The notes below the pieces were generated by a model. It searched no databases, had not been told where the DNA came from, and saw only the letters and a list, made by a program, of their open reading frames with translations. Positions 9,945-19,860 of a DNA stretch of 64,000 bases are shown here, one piece after another. The first letter of the stretch is position 1. Each line of letters begins with the position of its first letter. The position numbers and the translations under genes are program-made. Origin of the DNA: Alphaproteobacteria bacterium (GTDB lineage Bacteria > Pseudomonadota > Alphaproteobacteria > UBA828); the NCBI GenBank assembly GCA_963667785.2, contig CAXXMU010000006.1, positions 832,001 to 896,000 on the forward strand, read 5' to 3'.

Positions 9945-10961
9945 GTGGCGCCTGACCACGAGACGTTCGAGCTCGGCGCCGTAACGCTGCAATCGGGCAT
10001 CACGCTGCCGGCAGCCAGGCTCGCCTACAGGACCTGGGGCGCGCTGAACGCGCACGGCGACAACGTGATCGTCATGCCCACGTTCTACACGGGCACGCAC
10101 GTGCGCAACGAGGGCTACCTGCGAGCCGTGCCGGCGCTCGACCCGGCGCGCTGGTTCATCGTCTCGATCGACATGTTCGGCAACGGCCTTTCGTCGTCGC
10201 CGAGCAACACGCCGCCGCCCTTCGACGGGCCGCGCTTCCCCGCGGTCACGCTGCACGACAACGTCGCCTGCCAGCACCGGCTGCTCACCGAGGCGCTCGG
10301 GGTGAAGCGCATCGCGCTGGTGCTGGGGTGGTCCATGGCCGGCTGCCAGGCCTATGAGTGGGCGGCGCAGCACCCCGACATGGTGGACGCCATCCTGCCG
10401 TTCTGCGCTTCGGCGCGGACCTCGCCCCATAACAAGGTGTTCCTCGAAGGCGTGAAGGCGGCGCTCACGGCCGATGCCGCGTTCGCCGGCGGCGACTACA
10501 CCGCGCCGCCCGAGGCGGGTCTCCGGGCCTTCGCGCGGGTCTACGCCGGCTGGGCGTACTCGCAGGCCTTCTATCGCGAAGGGCTCTACCGCGAGCTGGG
10601 CTTCGATGCCTGGGAAGAGCTGCTTCTCGACTGGGAGCGCGATCATCTGAGGTGGGACGCTAACGACCTGCTGGCCAAGCTCCTCACCTGGCAGCGGGGC
10701 GACATCAGCGCGAATGCCCGCTACGGCGGCGACTTCAAGCGCGCGCTCGGCGCCATCCGGGCGCGGGCGATCCTGGTTCCCTGCACCACCGATCTGTACT
10801 TCCCGCCCGAGGACAACGCCATCGAGGCCCGGCACATGCCGAACGCCGCGCTGCGCCCCTTCGCCTCGCCCTGGGGCCACTGCGTGGCGTCGCCGGGCCG
10901 CGCCGGCAGCGACTTCATGCGCTTCCTCGACGCCTGCGTGGCGGAGCTGCTCGAAGGCTGA
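9945..10961 (+). CDS. Alpha/beta hydrolase, homoserine O-acetyltransferase (MetX)-like fold
   Basis: LAYRTWG, nucleophile elbow GWSMAG, DLYFPP and WGH. Confidence 0.8.
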   Translation: MAPDHETFELGAVTLQSGITLPAARLAYRTWGALNAHGDNVIVMPTFYTGTHVRNEGYLRAVPALDPARWFIVSIDMFGNGLSSSPSNTPPPFDGPRFPAVTLHDNVACQHRLLTEALGVKRIALVLGWSMAGCQAYEWAAQHPDMVDAILPFCASARTSPHNKVFLEGVKAALTADAAFAGGDYTAPPEAGLRAFARVYAGWAYSQAFYREGLYRELGFDAWEELLLDWERDHLRWDANDLLAKLLTWQRGDISANARYGGDFKRALGAIRARAILVPCTTDLYFPPEDNAIEARHMPNAALRPFASPWGHCVASPGRAGSDFMRFLDACVAELLEG

Positions 10962-11067
10962 GACGTCCAGCCCGCCGGCCCCCTCGGAGTCATGCGTGCC
11001 GCGCTCCTGTTCATTGCCGCGCACGTCGCGGGTAACATGGCGCCGCAAACGCAGAGAGGTCAGTCAC

Positions 11068-12090
11068 ATGCCGCGCATCGTTCGCTTCGCCAGACACGGC
11101 GGCCCGGAAGTTCTCGAGATTCGCGACGAGCCGCTCGAAGAGCCGGGGGAGGGCGAGGTCCGCCTGAAGATCGAGGCGATCGGCCTCAACCGGGCGGAGA
11201 TCATGTTCCGCAACGGCGCCTATATCGCGAACCCCGCCTTCCCCTCCCGCATCGGGATCGAGGCGAGCGGCGTGATCGACGCGGTCGGGCCCGGCGTCTC
11301 CGGCCTTTCCGTCGGCGACCGGGCCGGTGCCGTGCCCTACAACTCGTGGGACGAGTGGGGCAACTGGACCAGCGAGTCGGTCACGCGGTACGGCCTCTAC
11401 GGCGAGAGCGCGGTGGTGCCCGCGTTCTGCGTCGCCCGCAGCCCCGAGGGCATCTCGGCAGTCGAGGCCGGCGCGATCTGGTGCCAGTACGGCACCGCCT
11501 GGGGCGGGCTGGTCGACCATGCGGGCGTCTCGGCGGACGACATCGTGCTGGTCACGGCGGCGAGCAGCAGCGCCGCGCTCGCCGGGCTGCAGATCGCGAA
11601 GAATGCCGGCGCCACGGTCATCGCCGCGACGCGCAGGTCCGACAAGGCGGACTTCCTGCTCGGCGCCGGCGCCGACCACGTCGTCGCCACCGAGGAGGAG
11701 GATCTCGAGACCCGGGTGAAGGCGATCACCGGCGGCCAGGGCTTCACCATCGCCTACGACCCGGTGGGCGGCCGCTTCATCGGCGATCTCGTCGCGGCCG
11801 CGCAGCCCTACGGGCTCATCGTCAACTACGGCAACCTCCGGACCGAGGCGATCGACATCCCCGTCCTGCCGATGCTCGCCAAGCGGCTCTTCTTCAAGTT
11901 CCACAGCCTCTACGACACCATGCGCCTGCCCGAGAAGCGCGCCGCCTGCTTCGCCTTCGTGCAGGAGCAAGTGGGCTCAGGCGCGCTGAAGCCGATCGTC
12001 GACCGGACCTTCCCGCTCGAGCAGATCGTGGATGCGCACCGCTACATGGAGACCAACGTGCAACGGGGCAAGATCGTCGTCACCACCTGA
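11068..12090 (+). CDS. Zinc-type alcohol dehydrogenase-like / NADPH:quinone oxidoreductase (MDR family)
   Basis: GGPEVL, IGLNRAE, GIEASG, VTAASSS and C-terminal GKIVV. Confidence 0.85.
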   Translation: MPRIVRFARHGGPEVLEIRDEPLEEPGEGEVRLKIEAIGLNRAEIMFRNGAYIANPAFPSRIGIEASGVIDAVGPGVSGLSVGDRAGAVPYNSWDEWGNWTSESVTRYGLYGESAVVPAFCVARSPEGISAVEAGAIWCQYGTAWGGLVDHAGVSADDIVLVTAASSSAALAGLQIAKNAGATVIAATRRSDKADFLLGAGADHVVATEEEDLETRVKAITGGQGFTIAYDPVGGRFIGDLVAAAQPYGLIVNYGNLRTEAIDIPVLPMLAKRLFFKFHSLYDTMRLPEKRAACFAFVQEQVGSGALKPIVDRTFPLEQIVDAHRYMETNVQRGKIVVTT

Positions 12091-12180
12091 TGCCGGCCGG
12101 GCGCGGGACGCCCCGGCTTGGCGCGCGCCGGGCATTCAGGCAACATCGGCCCGGCGTGGGCTCAGGGAACGGACGGATAG

Positions 12181-13095
12181 ATGGCGCTTGCCGCCGCTGA
12201 GACGGGGCCGAAGCCTCAACTGCCGGACCTTCGGCGCATCTTCGCCGACACCAAGTTCTATTGGCTGGTGCTGCCGGCCTTCACGTTCTTCCTGATCTTC
12301 TTCGTCATCCCGACCGTCTCGCTGTTCCTGATCTCCTTCGACAAGTCGGTCGCGGGCGTGGTCGACGTCCAGTGGGACTTCACGCTGAAGAACTACATCC
12401 GGTTTTTCAATCGCTCGCTCTACTACGAGGCGGCGATACGCTCGATCGGGCTGGCGGCGATCGTCTCGGTCTGCACGCTGGCGCTGGGCTATCCGCTCGC
12501 CTACTTCGTGGCCAAGACGAGGCATCCGGGGCGCAACACCTTCTACATGATCCTCGTGCTGAGCGCGATGCAGCTCGACATGGTGATCCGCCTCTTCGGC
12601 CTGATGGTGCTGATGGGCGACAACGGAGTCATCAACGGCATCCTCAGGGACATCGGCGCCATCCGCGAGCCGCTGCCGCTGATGTACAACTTCTTCGGCG
12701 CGGTGGTGGGGCTGGTGCAGTTCACCCTGCCCTTCATGGTGCTCTCGCTGATCGGCATCATCAGGAGCATCCACCCCTCGCTGGAGGAGGCCGCGCGCAG
12801 CCTCGGCGCGAACCGCTGGACCACCTTCTGGCGCATCACCTTCCCGCTCAGCATGCCGGGCATCCTCGCCGGCACGCTGCTGGTCTTCGCCATCTCCATC
12901 TCGTCCTACGTGGTGCCGGCGCTGATGGGCGGCTGGAAGGTGATCGTGATGCCGCTCCACATCTATCAGCAGATCGCCGAGATGGGTAAGTGGCAGTTCG
13001 GCGCGACCATCGCGGTGGTGCTCTTCGTCACCAGCGTGATCGCGGTCTACGTCTACCAGCGCTTCGCGGCGCGCACGGCGGGGGGGCGCGCCTGA
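12181..13095 (+). CDS. ABC transporter permease, PotB-like
   Basis: Multiple TM helices, LGYPLAY, and canonical EAA loop LEEAARSLGA. Confidence 0.9.
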   Translation: MALAAAETGPKPQLPDLRRIFADTKFYWLVLPAFTFFLIFFVIPTVSLFLISFDKSVAGVVDVQWDFTLKNYIRFFNRSLYYEAAIRSIGLAAIVSVCTLALGYPLAYFVAKTRHPGRNTFYMILVLSAMQLDMVIRLFGLMVLMGDNGVINGILRDIGAIREPLPLMYNFFGAVVGLVQFTLPFMVLSLIGIIRSIHPSLEEAARSLGANRWTTFWRITFPLSMPGILAGTLLVFAISISSYVVPALMGGWKVIVMPLHIYQQIAEMGKWQFGATIAVVLFVTSVIAVYVYQRFAARTAGGRA

Positions 13096-13096
13096 G

Positions 13097-13984
13097 ATGG
13101 CGGAGATGGTGACGGACACGGCGCCGGAGCCGCGCAACGGTCGCTGGACGCCCTTCCGCCGGCGCAACGGCCCGCGCGAGGAGCGGGCGGTCGCGCTGCC
13201 GCTGCAGATCGGCGCGTGGCTCGCCTTCGTGGTGCTGCTGCTCCCCGTCGTGATCGTGGTGCTGGCCGGGCTCAACTCCGGCGATCACCTGACCTGGCCG
13301 CCGGAAGGGCTCTCGCTCCGCTGGGTGTTCGCCTTCTTCGAGGCGAGCGAGTTCCTCGACGCCTACGTGTTCAGCCTGTGGCTCGCCGTGGTGGTCATGG
13401 TCATCTCGACCACGCTCGGCACCATGGCGGCGATCTTCCTCACGCGCATGACCTTCCCCGGCCGCAACCTGCTCCGGGCGTACTTCCTCTCGCCGCTGAT
13501 CCTGCCGGGGATCGTACTGGGGCTTGCGCTCTACGTCTTCTACGTCTCGAGCGGAATCGGGCTCTCGCGCACGCTGCCGGGGCTCATCATCGGCCACGTG
13601 CTGGTGACGGCGCCCTACGTGATCGGGACCGTGTCGGCCGCGCTCTTCAACTTCGACATCGCGCTGGAGGAGGCCGCCCGCAGCCTCGGTGCCGGCCCGC
13701 TTACGGCATTCCGCAAGGTCACGCTGCCGATCATCGGGCCCGGCGTCGCGGCGGGCGCGATCTTCGCCTTCATCGTGTCGTTCGGCCAGTTCGACGTCTC
13801 GCTCTTCCTGAGCACGCCGAACTATACGCCGCTGCCGATCGCCCTCTATATTTCGCTGAGGTACACGTTCGAGCCGACGGCAGCCGCTGCGGGCATCTTC
13901 GCGATCGCGCTGGTCGTGATCTCGATGCTGCTCACCTCCCGGCTCATCAACATCCGGCGCTTCGCCGGAATCAAGTTCTCGTAA
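13097..13984 (+). CDS. ABC transporter permease, PotC-like
   Basis: WPPEGLSLRW, EAA loop LEEAARSLGA, and F.VSFGQF. Confidence 0.9.
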   Translation: MAEMVTDTAPEPRNGRWTPFRRRNGPREERAVALPLQIGAWLAFVVLLLPVVIVVLAGLNSGDHLTWPPEGLSLRWVFAFFEASEFLDAYVFSLWLAVVVMVISTTLGTMAAIFLTRMTFPGRNLLRAYFLSPLILPGIVLGLALYVFYVSSGIGLSRTLPGLIIGHVLVTAPYVIGTVSAALFNFDIALEEAARSLGAGPLTAFRKVTLPIIGPGVAAGAIFAFIVSFGQFDVSLFLSTPNYTPLPIALYISLRYTFEPTAAAAGIFAIALVVISMLLTSRLINIRRFAGIKFS

Positions 13985-14005
13985 CCGACGAAGGGAGAAT
14001 CGACG

Positions 14006-15127
14006 ATGACCGACAAACGCAACCTCAAGCCGTCGCGCCGCACGGTCCTCAAGGGGCTCGCGGCGGGCGGCGCGGCCGCAGCCTCGACCCAGTTCGGCCT
14101 CTTCAACATCAACCATTCCTGGTCTCAGGACGTGCACTGGGACGGCCAGCCCTTCGATGCCGGCGGCGCCACCTTCATCCTCGGAGAGTGGGGCGGCTTC
14201 TGGGAGGAATTCGTCCGCGGCGCGGTGATCGAGAACTTCGAGAAGACCTACAACTGCACGATCGCCTACGATTCCTCGTGGCCCTGGTTCCCGAAGTACG
14301 TCGCCAGCGGGCCGCAGGACCCGGCCTTCCACATGTGCAACTGGAACCTGCCGGAGATGATGAAGACAGCGCGGGCGGGCGACTACTTCCTGCCCATCGA
14401 CGACATCAAGGCGAACGTGCCGCACGCCGCCGACTGCTGGGACTTCGCCTTCGGCAACGGCATCGGCGTGACCTGGGCCTTCGGCCAGTACGCCTACGTC
14501 TACCGCACCGACCTGGTCGATCCGGCGCCTGCCGACTTCAAGTCCTTCTGGGAGGACCGCTTCGCCGGCAACCGCGCCACCTACATCACGTCGAACACCC
14601 TGCAGATGGTCTTCTTCATCACCGCCAGCGCCGCCTGGGGCGAGGGGCCGGAGGACCTGGATGCCGGCTTCGACGCCATGGAGCGCGCCATGCCGATGAA
14701 GATCAGCGACTTCACCGGCAACATGCAGACCCTGGTGGAGCGCGGCGAGGTGCATCTCGGCGTCCAGTGGGAGGGCGAGGTCTACCTGCAGATGGACAAG
14801 GGCATCTCTGTCGCTCCCGTCATCTGGGACGCCAAGCCGATCCTCACCCAGACCAAGACCATCAGCCGCTATTCCGAGCCGATGCAGAAGAAGCTCGCGT
14901 TCGCGCTGATGAACGAGGCGCTCGACCCGGGCTATCAGGAGCAGTGCGGCGGCACCTTCTACCTGCGGCCGACCAACGGCAAGGCCGCGGTGGCGGAGAA
15001 CCTCGCCAGCAAGGGCGTGGCCAACACGGCCGGCGCCATGGAAGGGCTCTGGATCCCGGACTGGAACTGGTATCTCGACAACGAGGACGACATCGTCGAG
15101 ACCACCAACGAGATCTTCGGCGCCTGA
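14006..15127 (+). CDS. ABC transporter substrate-binding protein, PotD-like, with Tat signal
   Basis: Twin-arginine SRRTVLKG. It lies between the permeases and the ATPase. Confidence 0.82.
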   Translation: MTDKRNLKPSRRTVLKGLAAGGAAAASTQFGLFNINHSWSQDVHWDGQPFDAGGATFILGEWGGFWEEFVRGAVIENFEKTYNCTIAYDSSWPWFPKYVASGPQDPAFHMCNWNLPEMMKTARAGDYFLPIDDIKANVPHAADCWDFAFGNGIGVTWAFGQYAYVYRTDLVDPAPADFKSFWEDRFAGNRATYITSNTLQMVFFITASAAWGEGPEDLDAGFDAMERAMPMKISDFTGNMQTLVERGEVHLGVQWEGEVYLQMDKGISVAPVIWDAKPILTQTKTISRYSEPMQKKLAFALMNEALDPGYQEQCGGTFYLRPTNGKAAVAENLASKGVANTAGAMEGLWIPDWNWYLDNEDDIVETTNEIFGA

Positions 15128-15161
15128 TCCACCGTTGCCGGGAACCTGAGCGGGGCCGCGC

Positions 15162-16232
15162 GTGTCCGACGTCGAGCTTTCGGGCCTGACCAAGCGCTAC
15201 GGCGAGACGCTTGCGGTCGCCGACGTCTCGCTCCGGGTCGAGGAGGGGGAGTTCTTCTCCCTCCTCGGCCCGTCCGGCTGCGGCAAGACGACGACGCTGC
15301 GCATGATCGCGGGCTTCGTGCGCCCCAACGAGGGCCAGGTCTTCATCGGCGGCGAGGACATGACCCTGCTGCCGCCGGAGAGGCGGGGCATCGGCATCGT
15401 CTTCCAGAACTACGCGATCTTTCCGCACATGACGGTGTTCGACAACATCGCCTTCGGCCTGAAGATGCGGAAGGTGCCGAAGCGGGAAATCCGCGGCCGC
15501 GTCGGCAAGGCGCTGGAGCAGGTCAACCTCGACGGCTACGAGCGGCGCTACCAGCGCGAGCTCTCCGGCGGCGAGCAGCAGCGCGTGGCGCTCGCCCGCG
15601 TGCTCATCACCGAGCCCAAGATCCTGCTCCTCGACGAGCCGCTCAGCGCGCTCGACAAGAAGCTCCGCGAGGAGATGAAGTACTGGATCAAGGAGCTGCA
15701 GCAGTCGCTCGGCATCACCACCGTCTACGTCACCCACGACCAGGGCGAGGCGCTCACCATGTCCGACCGGATCGCCGTGATGAACCGCGCGCGCGTGGTG
15801 CAGATCGGCGCGCCGGACACGATCTACGAGCATCCGGCCGATCGCTTCGTCACCGACTTCATCGGCGAATCGAACATCCTCGAGGCGCGCGTCGCGGCGG
15901 TGGACGCCGATGTCTGCCGCATCGCGGTGGGCCGCGTCGAGCTCGCCGCGCCCCGGCGCGACGGGATCGAGGCCGGCCAGCCGGTCGGCTTCGTGGTGCG
16001 GCCGGAGCGCGTGCTGATCGGCGCCGCGGCCGAAGCCGCAGGCGGAACCACCGCCACCGCCACCGTGGTCGACCGCAGCTACCAGGGCGCGATCATCCGC
16101 TACCGCATGCGCCTCGAGGGGCAGGAGATCGTCGCCGAGGTGCCCAACCGGCCCGACCAGCCCGACCTCGCCGACGGGGCCGAGACCCTGATCGGCTGGA
16201 CCGTGGCGAGCGGCGAGCTGCTGGTGGATTGA
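15162..16232 (+). CDS. ABC transporter ATP-binding protein, PotA-like
   Basis: GPSGCGKT, LSGGEQQR, LLLDEP, YVTHDQ and a C-terminal TOBE-like region. Confidence 0.93.
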   Translation: MSDVELSGLTKRYGETLAVADVSLRVEEGEFFSLLGPSGCGKTTTLRMIAGFVRPNEGQVFIGGEDMTLLPPERRGIGIVFQNYAIFPHMTVFDNIAFGLKMRKVPKREIRGRVGKALEQVNLDGYERRYQRELSGGEQQRVALARVLITEPKILLLDEPLSALDKKLREEMKYWIKELQQSLGITTVYVTHDQGEALTMSDRIAVMNRARVVQIGAPDTIYEHPADRFVTDFIGESNILEARVAAVDADVCRIAVGRVELAAPRRDGIEAGQPVGFVVRPERVLIGAAAEAAGGTTATATVVDRSYQGAIIRYRMRLEGQEIVAEVPNRPDQPDLADGAETLIGWTVASGELLVD

Positions 16233-16254
16233 GCGGGACTGCCTCCCGCGCGCC

Positions 16255-17358
16255 TCAGACCAGCTCTTCGAGCGGCGTGTAGACGTCGGCGATCCCGAAA
16301 TACTTGGGGCCGAAGACCGCGAGCGCCTCAGGTGTGCGCATCACCGGCGGCACGCTGACGCCGACGATACGCACCCGCTGGCCGTACTTCAGGCCCTCGG
16401 TGGTGATGGGCTCGGCATTCTCCTGGTCGAGCACGCAGATCAGGTCCGGCACCATGGCGAGCGTGCACTCGCCCTGCAAGGCCACCAGGAACTCGTTCTG
16501 GAAGCGCACCTCAAGCTGCTCGCCTGTGCTCTCGCCGATGCCCTCGAAGATCACCCGCCCGATGGCCCAGCCGCGCGTGGTCTCGCGCAACAGGTCCACC
16601 ACCTTGCCCTCGAACAGCACGGTGCAGAAGCGCCTGTCTCGCGAGGTCTCGAAGTAGCGCGCGAGGTGCGCGAAGGGGTCGCTCTGGGTCTCGCGCGCCT
16701 CGCGGATCGAGCGGCCGATCTCCATGGCGAGCGTGGTGGTGTAGAGCACCCCGGTCTCCTTGGCCTCCTTGCCCGACATGGCGTAGAGCGCGATCTCCGA
16801 CTTGGTGCCCATGCGGGTGCACACCACCCGCGCGAACCACTCGGATTCGAGATTGCTGCGGGCGCGAACGATCACCTCGTTGTCGTGCTCGTCGCGCAGC
16901 ACGATGGGCGACGCCGGCACGCCGTAGACGCCGAAGGTGCACATCTGCAGCTCGGGGAAGGCGCGGCCCATGCCGTCGCCGTCCACCACCGGCAGCCCGG
17001 TCATGGCGCCGATCACCATGGGCAGCGTGCCGTTGATACCGCCGGCCTCGGCGGCGATCAGCGCGGTGGCCTCGCGCCCCAGCTCGCGCTCGATCGAGCG
17101 CAGGCACTTCACCATGGCGTGCGCGCTCGGGATCTTCTCCACCATCACGGTGGGCGCGCCCATGTTGGCGACCGAGACGACGAAGTCGTCGTCGTCCAGC
17201 TCCATCGGGTCCATGATGGTGATGTCGGCGCCCTCCTCCAGCTTCTGCCTGAGGATCAGCCCGCCGACGTAGGGGTCGCCGCCCCCGCCGGTACCGAGAA
17301 AGGCCGTGCCGCGCAAGAAGTCCGGCAGCAGGTCGATGTGCATCTTCATCGTTGGCAT
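16255..17358 (-). CDS. DUF917 family protein
   Basis: LGTGGGGDPY, EAGGING, DGDGMGRAFPELQM, FQNEFL and VPDLI. Confidence 0.88.
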   Translation of the reverse strand: MPTMKMHIDLLPDFLRGTAFLGTGGGGDPYVGGLILRQKLEEGADITIMDPMELDDDDFVVSVANMGAPTVMVEKIPSAHAMVKCLRSIERELGREATALIAAEAGGINGTLPMVIGAMTGLPVVDGDGMGRAFPELQMCTFGVYGVPASPIVLRDEHDNEVIVRARSNLESEWFARVVCTRMGTKSEIALYAMSGKEAKETGVLYTTTLAMEIGRSIREARETQSDPFAHLARYFETSRDRRFCTVLFEGKVVDLLRETTRGWAIGRVIFEGIGESTGEQLEVRFQNEFLVALQGECTLAMVPDLICVLDQENAEPITTEGLKYGQRVRIVGVSVPPVMRTPEALAVFGPKYFGIADVYTPLEELV

Positions 17359-17383
17359 GTCCTTGCTCCCGCCCCCGCGCGCC

Positions 17384-18928
17384 TCAGCCGCCGGCGAGAT
17401 CGCCCACCGCCTTGACCCTGACCCGGCAGGCGGCGCCCGGCAGGTAGGCGAGCGGGATCTCCTCGACCTCGATGATCTCGACGCTGTCGGCCTCGGCGCC
17501 GGCGTCGATCGCCTTGGCGCGGGCCTCGTCCTTGGCCTGCTGAATCGCGTTCTCGCGCCCCTCCTGCTCGTAGGAGAAGACGCGGTCGACCTCGCCGCCG
17601 ACCTGGGCGATGGCGGCGCCGATGGCGTTGGCGACCGCCGAGTGCTCGGGCACGCTCATCGTCGAGACGCCGGCGAGAGCGCGCCCGATCAGGATGCTGC
17701 CGCCGCCGACGAGGATCGCGGGCACGGGCTCCGCGCTCGTCTTCATGCGGTCGATCGCATCCTCCACCATGGCGTGGATCCTATCGAGCGCGCGTTGCAC
17801 GGCGCCGCCGTCGAGCCTGGCGACGGCGCCCCGATCACCGATATCGGCAAGCCCCGCCGCGACGGCGATATCGGTGGCGGTCAGCGTCTCGCCGCCGAAG
17901 ACGAGCGCCTTCTCGGTCAGCTCGAAGCCGACCGAATCGGGGCCGACCGTCACCGCGTCGTCGCCCCGCACCAGGCTGCCGCCGCCCAGCCCGATCGCCA
18001 GCACGTCGGGCATGCGAAAATTGGTCCGCACGCCGCCGACATCGACGGCCACGGCGGACTCCCGCGGGAAGCCCCGCGCCAGCACGCCGACATCGGTGGT
18101 GGTGCCGCCGATATCGACCACCACGGCGTTCTCTTGGTCGGAGAGGAAGGCCGCGCCCCGCATGCTGTTGGTGGGGCCCGAGGCGAAGGTCAGCACCGGA
18201 TAGCGCTCGACGTAGGCCGCGCTCATCAGGGTGCCGTCGTTCTGGCTGATGAAGAAGGGCGCATCGATGGAGAGCGCCTTCAGCGCCTCGCGGAAGGAGC
18301 CCACCACCTTGGCGGAGAGCTGGACCAAGGCGGCGTTCATCACCGCTGCGTTCTCGCGCTCGATCAGCCCGACCCGGCCGATCTCGTTCGAGAGCGTGAT
18401 CTGGGCGTCGGGGTGCTCGGCGCGGATGATCTCGGCGGCGCGGTCCTCCTGCGCGCTGTTGAGCGGCGCGAAGACCGAGGAGACCGCCACCGATTCGAGC
18501 CCCTTGGCGGCGATGTCGCGGGCAATGCCGGCGATCTCGGCCTCGTCGAGGGCCGAGATCTCGCGCCCGTCCACCTCGTAGCCGCCCTTCGCCATGTAGA
18601 CGTTGCGGCCGATCACGTCCACCAGATCGCGCGGCCAGTCGATCAGCGGATTGAGGCTCTCGGTCGCCGGCAGCGCGAGGCGCACGATGGCCACCGGCAC
18701 CAGGCGGCGGCGCTCGACGATGGCGTTGGTGAACTGGGTGGTGCCGATCATCACCCCGGTGATCGCCTCGGGTGCGGCGCCCGAGCGGGCGAGCACGCCC
18801 TCGATCGCGGCCACCACGCCGGCGCCCACGTCGGCGGTCGTCGGCGCCTTGATCGAGGCCTTGACCGCAGCGCCGTCCATCAGCACCGCATCGGTGTTCG
18901 TGCCGCCGACGTCGACACCTATCCTCAT
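17384..18928 (-). CDS. Hydantoinase/oxoprolinase family protein (actin-like ATPase, HyuA-like)
   Basis: IGVDVGGTNTDAV, SGPTNSMRGA, DIGGTTTDVG and ANAIGAA. Confidence 0.9.
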   Translation of the reverse strand: MRIGVDVGGTNTDAVLMDGAAVKASIKAPTTADVGAGVVAAIEGVLARSGAAPEAITGVMIGTTQFTNAIVERRRLVPVAIVRLALPATESLNPLIDWPRDLVDVIGRNVYMAKGGYEVDGREISALDEAEIAGIARDIAAKGLESVAVSSVFAPLNSAQEDRAAEIIRAEHPDAQITLSNEIGRVGLIERENAAVMNAALVQLSAKVVGSFREALKALSIDAPFFISQNDGTLMSAAYVERYPVLTFASGPTNSMRGAAFLSDQENAVVVDIGGTTTDVGVLARGFPRESAVAVDVGGVRTNFRMPDVLAIGLGGGSLVRGDDAVTVGPDSVGFELTEKALVFGGETLTATDIAVAAGLADIGDRGAVARLDGGAVQRALDRIHAMVEDAIDRMKTSAEPVPAILVGGGSILIGRALAGVSTMSVPEHSAVANAIGAAIAQVGGEVDRVFSYEQEGRENAIQQAKDEARAKAIDAGAEADSVEIIEVEEIPLAYLPGAACRVRVKAVGDLAGG

Positions 18929-19092
18929 GCCGGTCTCCTGCTATTCGAGCCGGCGCATCCTAGTCGCAGTGCGGCGCGGCTGCACGAAGGAAAGAGCGCG
19001 GCGAGGCTTCGATTGATCGGCCACCCGCGCAGACGTAGAGTCTCCGCAAGGCACCGCCGGCCGGGCGGCGTTCCAACGGGAGGGCAGCAGCG

Positions 19093-19860
19093 ATGGCGAT
19101 GGACGTGAGAGTGGTGACCCCGATCACCACCTGGGGATTTCGGGACAGCTCCGAGTTTCGCGCGCTCGAACGGCCCGACCTGACGATCAGCCATGTGGAG
19201 ATCGAGACCGGGCCGGCCTCGATCGAGTGCGAGTACGACGAGGCCCTCGCCGTGCCCGGCACGATCGCGAAGATCATCGAGGCCGAGCGGGACGGCTGCG
19301 ACGCGGTGGTGATCGACTGCATGGGCGATCCCGGCATGCTGCCGGGCCGCGAGTGCGTCTCGATCCCGGTGATCGGGCCCTGCGAGGCGGCGATGCACGT
19401 GGCCTCCATGCTCGGGCACACCTTCAGCGTGGTCACGGTGCTGAAGCGACTGCGCCCGCAGTTCGAGCACCAAGCGCAGATCTACGGCGTGCGCGAGAAG
19501 CTCGCCTCGGTCCGCTCCGTCTCGATCCCGGTGCTGGAGCTCGAGCAGGATCTCGACCGCACCAAGGCGGCGCTCGCCGAGGAGGCGGTGAAGGCGGTCG
19601 AGGAGGACGGCGCCGATGCGATCATCTTCGGCTGCACCGGCATGCTCGGCTGCGCCGAGGCGGTGCGCCGCGGCCTGCTCGCCAGGGGCTACGACGTGCC
19701 GGTGGTCGATCCGGTCCCGTGGGCGGTCAAGCTCGCGGCGAGCCTGGTCGACGCCCGCCTCAGCCACAGCAAGATCACCTACGAGCGGCCGCCGGCGAAG
19801 CCCGTGGTCGGCTACGAGATTCCGCCGCTGACGAGCCTCGCCCGCGACGCGGCCGAATAG
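19093..19860 (+). CDS. Asp/Glu/hydantoin racemase family protein
   Basis: Two catalytic cysteines in DCMGDPG and FGCTGM. Also GPASIE and PVVDP. Confidence 0.88.
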   Translation: MAMDVRVVTPITTWGFRDSSEFRALERPDLTISHVEIETGPASIECEYDEALAVPGTIAKIIEAERDGCDAVVIDCMGDPGMLPGRECVSIPVIGPCEAAMHVASMLGHTFSVVTVLKRLRPQFEHQAQIYGVREKLASVRSVSIPVLELEQDLDRTKAALAEEAVKAVEEDGADAIIFGCTGMLGCAEAVRRGLLARGYDVPVVDPVPWAVKLAASLVDARLSHSKITYERPPAKPVVGYEIPPLTSLARDAAE

